Source: Macrostomum lignano (Eukaryota). Taken from it: 64,000 nucleotides of DNA. The stretch lies in the NCBI GenBank assembly GCA_002269645.1, contig NIVC01000234.1:119687-183686 (forward strand). Direction: 5' to 3'. This document shows, piece by piece, positions 12,996 through 22,592 of the stretch (position 1 is its first letter; the number at the start of each line of letters is the position of its first letter). The notes under the pieces were generated by a model. It saw only the letters and a list, made by a program, of their open reading frames with translations, did not search any database and was not told the DNA's origin. The position numbers and the translations under genes were made by a program.

Positions 12996-14247
12996 TCACA
13001 TTCCAGCAGAATGGCGTCTGTCAATCACAGCGGCGTCACCAGAGCGCCACATGTTGTCAAGATAGTTCAGCGCAATATCCATCGGTGTGACAGTAGCTTT
13101 GGCCTGCTTAGCAACGGCCTTAGCAACGGTGACAATATGACGGCGGCGCCTTAGCAGCAGAGCGTGCAGAAGGCAGAGCAGAATCAGCACAATTGATGAA
13201 GCGGCAACGCTCAGTATTGGTTTGATTAGGCAGGCAAGCAAAACAGCACAGCTGCCAACAAGGGGAAGGGCCGCCAGAGTCTGCGGGAGGAGAGGAACGA
13301 AGTAGAGAATGGGGGCTATTGGCCATAGACAGTATTAGGCTCATAAATTCTTGCCTTCAAAAAGGACAGGCGTGCTGACTACACTTGGGCAAAGGACAGC
13401 AAATAACTTTTTGGGATCGGTGGGAGGCAAACGATCTGGGAGGCTGGCCCAGCAACTGAGGATCTGGGAGGCTGGTGGCCCAGCACCTGAGGATCTGGGA
13501 GGCTGCTGGCCTAGCAACTGAGGATCTGGGAGGCTGGCCCAGCAACTGAGGATCTGGAAGGCTGGTCCAGCAACTGAGGATCTGGGAGGCTGGCCCAGTA
13601 ACTGAGGATCTGAGAGGCTGGCCCAGCAACTGAGGATCTGAAAGGCTGGTCCAGCAACTGAGGATCTGGAAGGCTGGTCCAGCACCTGAGGATCTGGGAG
13701 GCTAGCCCAGCACCTGAGGATCTGGGAGGCTGGCCCAGCAACTGAGGATCTGGGAGGCTGGTGGCCCAGCAACTGAGGATCTGGGAGGCTGGTGGCCCAG
13801 CAACTGAGGATCTGGAAGGCTGGTCCAGCAACTGAGGATCTCGGCTAGGGTTGGACAATAAGAAAGACAGAAAGCAGCAAAGTGCACTACCTGAGCATTA
13901 GCATTTACCTGCCGGTGTCCGCCAGTCTCCAGCAGCAGCAGCCGCATCCTCAGCCAGTTCCTCTGCAGCCACAGGCAAAGCAGCGCCACGCCGACAATTC
14001 CAGCAAAGCCAAGCAGAACTTCGATAGGCCGACAGAAGACCATCAGCAGGCAGGAGACAACCAGACACAGCAGGTAGTTGGTCTGGTACAGCAGCAGGTT
14101 GTGCCGGACGCGCTGCAAACAGCGCCGTCGCTCGGCGATCAGGTCGGGCAGGTGGAAGCGAGCGGCGCCGTCCAACAGCGGGGCGAACTGCGACAGCGGC
14201 TGGAGAGCCGGCAGTCGAATCTGCGGCTTCTTCGATGCTGACGGCAT
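12996..14247 (-). CDS. ARL6IP5: PRA1-family protein (ARL6IP5/JWA / PRAF2-like), 2 exons, ~207 aa
   Basis: Exon 1 14247-13909 (cag|gtaaat) contains RFHLPD...RVRHNLLLYQTNYL, matching the PRAF RF.RPD...RV.SNLLYYQTNYL motif. Exon 2 13280-12996 (cccgcag|) contains LHALLLRRR...TPMDIAL, matching IHASLRLR...TPMGIVL. Phase-0 join. The ARL6IP5 vs PRAF2 assignment is not resolvable. Confidence 0.9.
13432..13842. repeat. 28/31-bp minisatellite (ctgaggatctgggaggctggcccagcaa) in the PRA1 intron
   Basis: About 14 tandem copies. The QILSCWASLPD ORFs are artefacts. Confidence 0.95.
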
Positions 14248-14332
14248 GAGATTAATGAAAAATATGCGACAGCACTACTAACAGCGACTTTGGGATTTGA
14301 TATTTATAATTGGTTTTTTTTAACAAAATCAA

Positions 14333-14600
14333 GTTGTTGTAGTCTAGTGGTTAGAGCGTCGTACTCACGACTGAACGGTCGGGGGTTCGATTCTCGACTA
14401 ACTTAGGAACATTTTGTGTCCTTGAATAAGACACTTAACTCTCTGTATTGCTTCAGTTCTCCTAGCTGTAAAATGGGTGCCAGCATTAGCTGGGGTAACT
14501 GAGGGTGTGTGTGGCGACTACCTCAGTCCTTGGAACCAATTCAACAGGTTAAGCAGAGCTGGCTGGGGTTAGCCGGATTAATGAAAATAAAATAAAAAAA
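14333..14600 (+). mobile_element. tRNA-derived SINE with CORE-like central domain, copy 1
   Basis: A box tagtctagtggttagagcg, B box gggttcgattctc. The body tgtgtccttgaataagacacttaac...cttcagttctcctagctgtaaaatggg resembles the MIR/CORE consensus (TGTGACCTTGGGCAAGTCACTTAAC...CCTCAGTTTCCTCATCTGTAAAATGGG). A-rich 3' end; second copy at 18457. Confidence 0.85.
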
Positions 14601-14889
14601 CTCATCAAAAACGAATTATAACACCGGAAAAAACTAAATATTCAAGTTTATTATTCCAATTTTAAGTGGCGACAGAAAGTATGGATGCTTAACAACAATA
14701 TTAAAGTTGAACAGCGAATTAACTTATTAATGATAATAAATACTACTCGAATAAGTAGGAACGAGTGTCTAAATTTATGGCACAAGAATATGCTACGCAG
14801 ATCAATGAAAATCGGGCAAAACCTAATGAAATTTTGTAGCCTGGATGTCATCAGATACTTAGACATTCATGGCTAATCTGGAAGAATGC

Positions 14890-15675
14890 CTGCTTAATCC
14901 CATATGAGGATCTGGGAGAATAGATGCTTAATCCCATATGAGGATCTGGGAGAATGGATGCTTAATCCCACATGAGGACCTGGGAGAATGGATGCTTAAT
15001 CCCACATGAGGACCTGGGAGAATGGATGCTTAATCCCACATGAGGACCTGGGAGAATGGATGCTTAATCCCACATGAGGATCTGGGAGAATGGATGCTTA
15101 ATCCCACATGAGGATCTAGGAGAATGGCTGCTTAATCCCACATGAGGACCTGGGAGAATGGCTGCTTAATCCCATATGAGGACCTGGGAGAATGGATGCT
15201 TAATCCCACATGAGGACCTGGGAGAATGGATGCTTAATCCCACATGAGGACCTGGGAGAATGGATGCTTAATCCCACATGAGGATCTAGGAGAATAGCTG
15301 CTTAATCCCATATGAGGATCTGGGAGAATGCCTGCTTAATCCCACATGAGGATCTGGGAGAATGGATGCTTAATCCCATATGAGGATCTGGGAGAATGGA
15401 TGCTTAATCCCATATGAGGATCTGGGAGAATGGATGCTTAATCCCACATGAGGATCTGGGAGAATGGCTGCTTAATCCCACATGAGGACCTGGGAGAATG
15501 GATGCTTAATCCCACATGAGGACCTGGGAGAATGGATGCTTAATCCCACATGAGGATCTAGGAGAATGGATTCTTAATCCCATATGAGGATCTGGGAGAA
15601 TGGATGCTTAATCCCATACGAGGATCTGGGAGAATGGATGCTTAATCCCATATGAGGATCTGGGAGAATGGATGT
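14890..15675. repeat. 34-bp minisatellite (gcttaatcccacatgaggatctgggagaatggat)
   Basis: Period 34 (cttaat at 14961 and 14995); about 23 copies between ECHS1 and PRA1. Confidence 0.96.
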
Positions 15676-15733
15676 GCAAGCAGTAAATCAGTGCAGCCTA
15701 CTACATGCTAATGCTACTACTAATCAATAATCA

Positions 15734-18398
15734 TTACTCGTCTTTAAACTCGGCCGCCCGTTTCTCAGTGAAGGCTGACATTCCTTCGGAGCGGTCGCGC
15801 GTCCCAAACGAAGCGTGGAAGAGGCGCCTCTCCAGCAGGAGGCCCTGCGACAGCGGCGCCTCGTAGGCGGCATTGATGCTCTCCTTCGCGGCGTAGATCG
15901 CCATCAGGGACATTCGGCTGATCCTCTCAGCGAGGTCCAGAGCTGCAGCTTCCAGTTTGTCGGCTGGCACAACTTTACTCACCAAGCCGGCTGACTCGGC
16001 CTCCTTAGCGGTGATCATGTCGCCAGTCAGGCACATCTCCATGGCTTTGCTCTTGCCAACAGCTCTAGGCAATCGCTGGGTGCCACCAGCGCCGGGAATG
16101 GTGCCCAATCGGATCTCCGGCTGGGCGAACTTGGCCGAATCGCCAGCGTAGATGATGTCGCACATCATGGCTAGCTCGCAGCCTCCGCCCAGAGCGTAGC
16201 CATTCACAGCGGCTATGATTGGCTTTCTAATTCGAAGCATCTCGGTCCAGTCGTTGATGAAATTGGTGCCGAATACGGTTGAGTAGGTTTTCGGCTGCAT
16301 CTCTTTGATGTCGGCGCCTGCGGCGAATGCTTTTGAGCTGCCTGTGAGCACGATGGCCTGCGGTTGGTTTGAACTTTGTTGGTTTAGGGCCAAAAATCCA
16401 TATCATACTACTGGCGAATGTGAGCCTTGCGTTTAAATAGACTTAGCCTGTTTGATCTCAACAGCCATGATCTCTATAGGAAATCTTAAATCCCACCATA
16501 CCAAAACTCTAAATCTCACCCCTTTCTAGAATCTAAATCTCACCTCTCTATACTCTAGATCTCACCTTCTCTATACTGTAAATCTCACCTCTATATTCTG
16601 AATCTCACTCCTCTATACTCTAGTCTCACTCACCCCTCTCTGTACTGTTAATTTTACCTCTCTATACCGTAAATTTCACCCTTTCTACTCTCTAAATCTC
16701 ATCCCTCAATACTAGTCTCATCCTTCCTTATGCTTTAGTCTCACCCCTCCCTAACTCTAATCTCACCCCTCCATACACTTTCATCTCACCCCTGGCTATA
16801 CTCTAGTCTCCCCCTTCCCTATACTCTATTCTCACCCCTCCCTATACTCTATTCTCACCCCTCCCTATACTCTATTCTCACCCCTCCCTATACTCTATTC
16901 TCACCCCTCCCTATACTCTATTCTCACCCCTCCCTATACTCTAGTCTCCCCCTTCCCTATACTCTATTCTCACCCCTCCCTATACTCTAGTCTCCCCCTC
17001 CCTATACTCTATTCTCACCCCTCCCTATACTCTATTCTCACCCCTCCCTATACTCTATTCTCACCCCTCCCTATACTCTAGTCTCCCCCTCCCTATACTC
17101 TAATCTCACCCCTCCATACACTTTCATCTCACCCCTGGCTATACTCTAGTCTCCCCCTTCCCTATACTCTATTCTCACCCCTCCCTATACTCTATTCTCA
17201 CCCCTCCCTATACTCTATTCTCACCCCTCCCTATACTCTATTCTCACCCCTCCCTATACTCTAGTCTCCCCCTTCCCTATACTCTATTCTCACCCCTCCC
17301 TATACTCTAGTCTCCCCCTCCCTATACTCTATTCTCACCCCTCCCTATACTCTATTCTCACCCCTCCCTATACTCTATTCTCACCCCTCCCTATACTCTA
17401 TTCTCACCCCTCCCTATACTCTATTCTCACCCCTCCCTATACTCTATTATCACCCCTCCCTATACTCTATTCTCACCCCTCCCTATACTCTAGTCTCCCC
17501 CTTCCCTATACTCTATTCTCACCCCTCCCTATACTCTAGTCTCCCCCTTCCCTATACTCTATTCTCACCCCTCCCTATACTCTATTCTCACCCCTCCCTA
17601 TACTCTATTCTCACCCCTCCCTATACTCTATTCTCACCCCTCCCTATACTCTATTCTCACCCCTCCCTATACTCTATTCTCACCCCTCCCTATACTCTAG
17701 TCTCCCCCTTCCCTATACTCTATTCTCACCCCTCCCTATACTCTAGTCTCCCCCTCCCTATACTCTAGTCTCACCCCTCCCAATACTCTATTCTCACCCC
17801 TCCCTACACTTTAGTCTCCTCCTTCCCTATACTAGTCTCCCCCTTCCCTATACTCTAGTCTCACCCCTATCTTCACGATCGATATAATCTAGTCTCATCC
17901 ATCTCGATAATCTATTCTCAGTCAGGGACTACTCAAACACCGGGACGGGAAACTAAAATTTTTTACGAGGCTGGCTGGCAATTATTTGCATTAGAGAGAT
18001 GCTGTGTTACTTTGTTGTCTATGGTTATTTTCTACTGCTGATAAAAGACCAGCCTCGTAAAAAATTCCTAGTTTCCCGTCCCGGTGTTTGAGTAGTCCCT
18101 GTTCTCAGTCCTATCTAGACTATAAATCTCAACAATCAATCAGACAAACCTTGACGCTGGGATCCGCATCGAACTCTCTGAAGGCGACGTTCAACTCCCT
18201 CAGCAAGTCATCGCACAAAGAATTCAACGCTTTAGGCCGATTCAAACGAACAAATCCGACTTGACTTTTATCGCCTTTCTTTTCGACTAAGATGTTCTTG
18301 TAGCTGCCGGAGCCGCCGCTGCACAGCTGACGCAGCCCGTTGCCCCTGGCAACCGAGGCCAGAGTGAATCGAATACCGGTTCTGGCAATACCCAACAT
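15734..18398 (-). CDS. ECHS1: Mitochondrial short-chain enoyl-CoA hydratase (crotonase), 2 exons, ~290 aa
   Basis: Exon 1 18398-18150 (MLGIARTG... transit-peptide-like start, [11 protein letters not shown], aag|gtttgt). Exon 2 16357-15734 (ccgcag|, [69 protein letters not shown]). Phase-0 join; both catalytic Glu present. Confidence 0.97.
16500..17870. repeat. 23-bp pyrimidine-rich minisatellite (ctatactctattctcacccctcc) in the ECHS1 intron
   Basis: Homogeneous from ~16800 to 17760 with degenerate flanks; almost no G on the + strand. Confidence 0.96.
17923..18101. mobile_element. 179-bp hAT-type MITE
   Basis: TIRs of about 50 bp (cagggactactcaaacaccgggacgggaaacta... / ...tagtttcccgtcccggtgtttgagtagtccctg). 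Perfect 8-bp TSD ttctcagt at 17915-17922 and 18102-18109. An 8-bp TSD with CAG-start TIRs fits the hAT superfamily. Confidence 0.92.
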
Positions 18399-18456
18399 TC
18401 TCTGAAGTGCGTGTCCCAATGTTATGCTTTGATTCTGCTTTTGAGTTTAGTCTGCA

Positions 18457-18735
18457 GGTTAGTGCCTAGTGGTTAGAGCGTCGGACTTACGACTGAGAGG
18501 TCGGGGGTTCGATTCTCGACTAACTTAGGAACATTTTGTCCTTGAGCAAGACACTTAACTCTGCATTGCTTCAATTCACCCAGCTGTAAAATGGGTGCCA
18601 GTATTAGCTGGGGTAATTGAGGCTGTGTGTGGCGACCCCCCCCCCCAAGTCCTTGGACTGAACAGCCGTTCGCAGCCTTTAGATGCAATCCATTGGGGCA
18701 GGTGTAATCAATTGCCATTATTGTTCATTTTATTA
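18457..18735 (+). mobile_element. tRNA-derived CORE-like SINE, copy 2
   Basis: Highly similar to 14333-14600 over the head and core (cctagtggttagagcgtcggacttacgactgagaggtcgggggttcgattctcgactaacttaggaac...cccagctgtaaaatgggtgccag); the 3' tail differs. Confidence 0.85.
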
Positions 18736-19555
18736 TAATATTGTTATAGTTACGAATCATTTTTATTTAATATATCTCGCCCCGGATATATATACGAAAA
18801 AATTTATTAACGTAATAAAAAATGTTATTTTCATATTTTTGTAAAATTTGTAGCATGATTTTCAAGCAAAACACGGCCTCTAAAAATTTTCTAAAATAAG
18901 AAGCTCTCTGCTTTTCTAAGCTGTTTTAACTATTTGTTGGAAAACCATTTCGTAAAAGAATGAAAGCGAAAAGACTATATTTAATAAGATAATAAAAAAT
19001 TGTATTTTTGTAATTTTCCTGAAGAAAACGAACACTACATGTAAATCAGTCATGCGCTGATTACACTACTCGAACTGAATAAAAACAGTAGTAGCACACT
19101 GTTTGATACAAGTATATAACAAAATCTGTCCGGATTGTAATAAATTTCATGTGCATAGTACACTACTCACACCAACAGTAGTGCAACAAGCTTCTAAAAA
19201 GCTAAAAAACATTAACAAAAAAGTGAAATTGTGTGTAAATAGTTTTTTAGCAACCTTTAATAGCAAAATGTGCTGGAAGAAGTTAAACAAAAAATCTTTT
19301 TTCGATGTAAATAATTAATAATTAATTTTGATTCAAGTCAGGAAAACTTATCGAAACTTATCAAAAGAGTCAACGCAATTCATTAGTAAAAAAGTGTTTC
19401 AAATAAAAATCATCTACTGACTACTGATAGTAATAAGTAGAAGAAAAAGCGAATATAAAAAAACATTTGAACATTTATCGTTCATGGAAGACACAAATAA
19501 GTGACATTGGAATGTCAAGAGATTCAGCTTGAAATTACAGCATATCCGACACCAA

Positions 19556-22500
19556 TTAGTTATCCGCAGGACAAAACTGCGCCTTGTACTGATAAGTGAG
19601 CTCAGTGCTCATCAACTGTCCATTGCTCAAGCTCAGAGCCGTACCTGGCAAAGGCCGCCTCGGAGGCAGCGGTGACCACCAGTTCAACAGGGTGTCCACA
19701 AACGGCACCTGTCTGAGAGCGCCCTCGCGTTCCAGCCTCTCTCGTTCTTCATCGGCAAGATTTTTTTCTACAGTCTCGATGCCACGACGAATTGTAGCGA
19801 CCAAGGTTTCATCGGCTACCACTTTTGAGTCGCATTCGGCACCTACTTTGATTAGATGATCTATCATGCCTTGGATATCGGTGTCTGGTGGCACCAGGCC
19901 GAATCTAATACAGCCCATTGGTTGCTCCGCACCAGCAGTCTCAGTAGCCTCACTGTTGCTAGGCAGCACTTCTCCCCAGGTAAAACCGGAATCTTGCACT
20001 TTTAAACTGTCGTAGATTGCTCGATTGACAGCTTGCAAGTTCACTGCTTGGCCTTTGTACAGCACAGCTCCCAGGCCTGGCCAATCAGATTGGGTGACCA
20101 GCTGAAGTCTGGGGTTCGATTCTGCGGGTTGATAAGTTGTTAAAAGGCCAATTCTCAGATCTTCTCAGTTAGAGGGCGATTTTCTCAGTGTTTAGAGGGC
20201 GATTTTCTCAGTGTTTAGAGGGAGATTTTCTCAGTGTTTAGAGGGCGATTTTCTCAGTGTTTAGAGGGCGATTTTCTCAGTGTTTAGAGGGCGATTTTCT
20301 CAGTGTTTAGAGGGTGATTTTCTCAGTGTTTAGAGAACGATTTTCTCAGTGTTGAGAGTTCGATTTTCAAGTGTCTAAAAACTCACCAACCAACTTGACG
20401 AACTCCGGTCTCAATCGTCTAGTGGCGTCCAACAGCTGCAGCCCGTCAGTCAGAGCGCCAGCCAGTCTGTCGAAATCTTCAGCCGACGGCAGCAGCGGCG
20501 CATCCTGCGGTCGGTACCGACCGACCAAGCGCTGCTGAGGTGTCGGAAACACACCTGGACAGGACACGAGCGTCAGCTTGAACGGATCTCCATTCTCGTT
20601 GGCTTCAGCCGCGGCAGTGCACAGAGACTCAACCAGCCAACCAGTTTCGGCATTGCACCAGCTTCCATCCGCGTCATCAACAGTCCTATTCGTATTGAAA
20701 CGAAACAGAATCTCGGTTGGATCCCTGCTAGGAACCATGATCAACTCGGGCGACTCTTGCTGCTGTCTCTTCAGCAGATTAGCGAATTCCAGGCGGCAGG
20801 CTCGAACCCGGGTTGGCCTATCAGCGGCCGAATCACTGCCGATGTGCTGCAACGCTAGCCAAGCTGGTAGCCACAGACCCAGCTCAGCATCCTGTCCTTC
20901 ATCATAGGAATCTCTATCAGTCTCATCCAATTCTAATTTAGCCTGTTCAGCCGCAGCTCCGCCGCCAGAAATCCAGGTAATCTTTGGCAGGCCGAACAGC
21001 CCAAACAGCTGGCTGAAATCCAGACAGGCTGAATCAGGCCGGCAGTCGCTACTCAGAGTAGCCAGTGCCGCATCGTCAGCCAGCCTGGATCCCTGGGCGT
21101 GAAGCCAGACGCCACGGCTGCGACACACTTCAACCAGGCTGACTAGCTGGTCTTGTCCGCACACAGCTTGAACCAACACAGGCCTGTTGGTGACAAAATC
21201 TGCATCAAGAGCTTCGGCAAGGGTCTCTGGCAACAGCGAGCTGCCTGGCAGATTGCGACGAAAAGCAGATAAGGGCAGACAAAGTTGAACAGCTAGCGGC
21301 TCCACAATGCTATCCGGTGTGGAAGGATGCAGATAAATGAGAGGATGCCTCTGCAGCATAGCCTGATGATTCAAATCATTGTCCGAACCACTGTAAGCTC
21401 GAACTAGAGCCCGTTGGCAAGCCAGTCGAATCGAATCCCATTCGTCGCCCAGATGCAAGTGAAACAATTCAAACGAATCCTCAGTATTAAAGATTAGTTT
21501 GTTTAGCCAGGCGCGAACTTCTAAGCGGCATTGTCTGGCTAGCTGACAAACCGATGCGGGCCTGCTATCGCTTGATAGCCAAGCTGTGACAGCCGCTGAC
21601 ACAGCAGCTGGACTGGAGACCCGGTCCGATGGTAGACGGCTGAATAGTCTCTGCTGTAGCTAAAATAATAGGAAAATCTGTCACTTTATCCTACTGTAAG
21701 TAGCTTAAATAGATTAAGTGCTTAGATTCTAGCAGCCAATCACAGAGCACTGATCAGATGGATAGCAGATTCTAGCAGCCAATCACAGGGCACTGATCAG
21801 ATAGACAGCAGATTCTAGCAGCCAATCACAGAGCACTGATCAGATAGAGAGCAGATTCTAGCAGCCAATCACAGAGCACTGATCAGATAGATAGCAGATC
21901 CTAGCAGCCAATCACAGGGCACTGATCAGATAGATAGCAGATTCTAGCAGCCAATCACAGAGCACTGATCAGATAGATAGCAGATCCTAGCAGCCAATCA
22001 CAGAGCACTGATCAGATAGATAGCAGATTCTATCTAGCAGCCAATCACAGAGCACTGATCAGATAGATAGCAGATTCTATCTAGCAGCCAATCACAGAGC
22101 ACTGATCAGATAGAGAGCTAGATCATAGCTATCTTAGATCAGTTAGATAAATAGGAAGACACGCTCACACAGTGCACAGCGGCCCTTAATTTCTCATTGT
22201 CAGGTAGTGAACACCCTCTCTGTGCCATGGAGTGTTGTCCCCATTGGTGTGACCCCCCTCCCTTATCGTAAATCAGAAATGCAGTCAAAGCATCCCACCT
22301 GAGCCAATGCTTTGCCCATAGCAACGCTGCCATCGCCCTTCAGCAGCTCTGGCAAGAAGGCTGTCTCAGCGTCACGCTCTTTTTTTAATCGTTCAGCTTT
22401 CAGTTGTTTGTTTATCTCTTCGACTTCTTTCAGGGACTCCATGACAGAGGCCTCAAGCTCTTTGAACATGCTGTCCATACCGGGATGGGCCAAGTCAAGC

Positions 22501-22592
22501 GACTGTTCATAGTTTGAACGGAATATAGGAGTCTGTATGGCCACAGAGGCTGTGTTAGACACCTCACCATCACTGCCCTCGCTTGTCTCCAT
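19556..22592 (-). CDS. PDXDC1: Pyridoxal-dependent decarboxylase domain-containing protein 1, 3 exons, ~710 aa
   Basis: Exons 22592-22299 (cag|gtggga), 21659-20387 (ttttag|, ttg|gtgagt) and 20121-19556 (ccgcag|) join in phase. Motifs PLIYL, GVWLHAQG, WLPAWLALQHIG, DWPGLGAVLY and EGALRQVPFVDTLLNWWSPL...LSLSNGQLMSTELTYQYKAQ match the PDXDC1 C-terminal signature (EGVLRQIPVVGSVLNWFSP...FNLTAGSLESTEPIYVYKAQ). Confidence 0.93.
20150..20365. repeat. 23-bp minisatellite (gattttctcagtgtttagagggc) in PDXDC1 intron 2
   Basis: About 8 tandem copies making up most of the 265-bp intron. Confidence 0.94.
21725..22120. repeat. 43-bp minisatellite containing a CCAAT box, in PDXDC1 intron 1
   Basis: 9 copies of gattctagcagccaatcacagagcactgatcagatagatagca. 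Confidence 0.95.

Noticed and set aside
14333-14402. Functional tRNA-Val genes at 14333 and 18457
   Set aside because: Stems pair imperfectly, the anticodons differ between copies, and both continue into a shared CORE-like body, so they are SINE heads.
14249-14590. gattaatgaaaa at ~14249 and ~14576 as a SINE TSD
   Set aside because: The left copy is ~70 bp from the SINE start, and AT-rich matches of this length are weak evidence.
20111-20127. B-box-like ggggttcgattct at the PDXDC1 exon 3 acceptor
   Set aside because: It is the antisense of coding sequence (ESNPR) with no A box or SINE body; a chance match.
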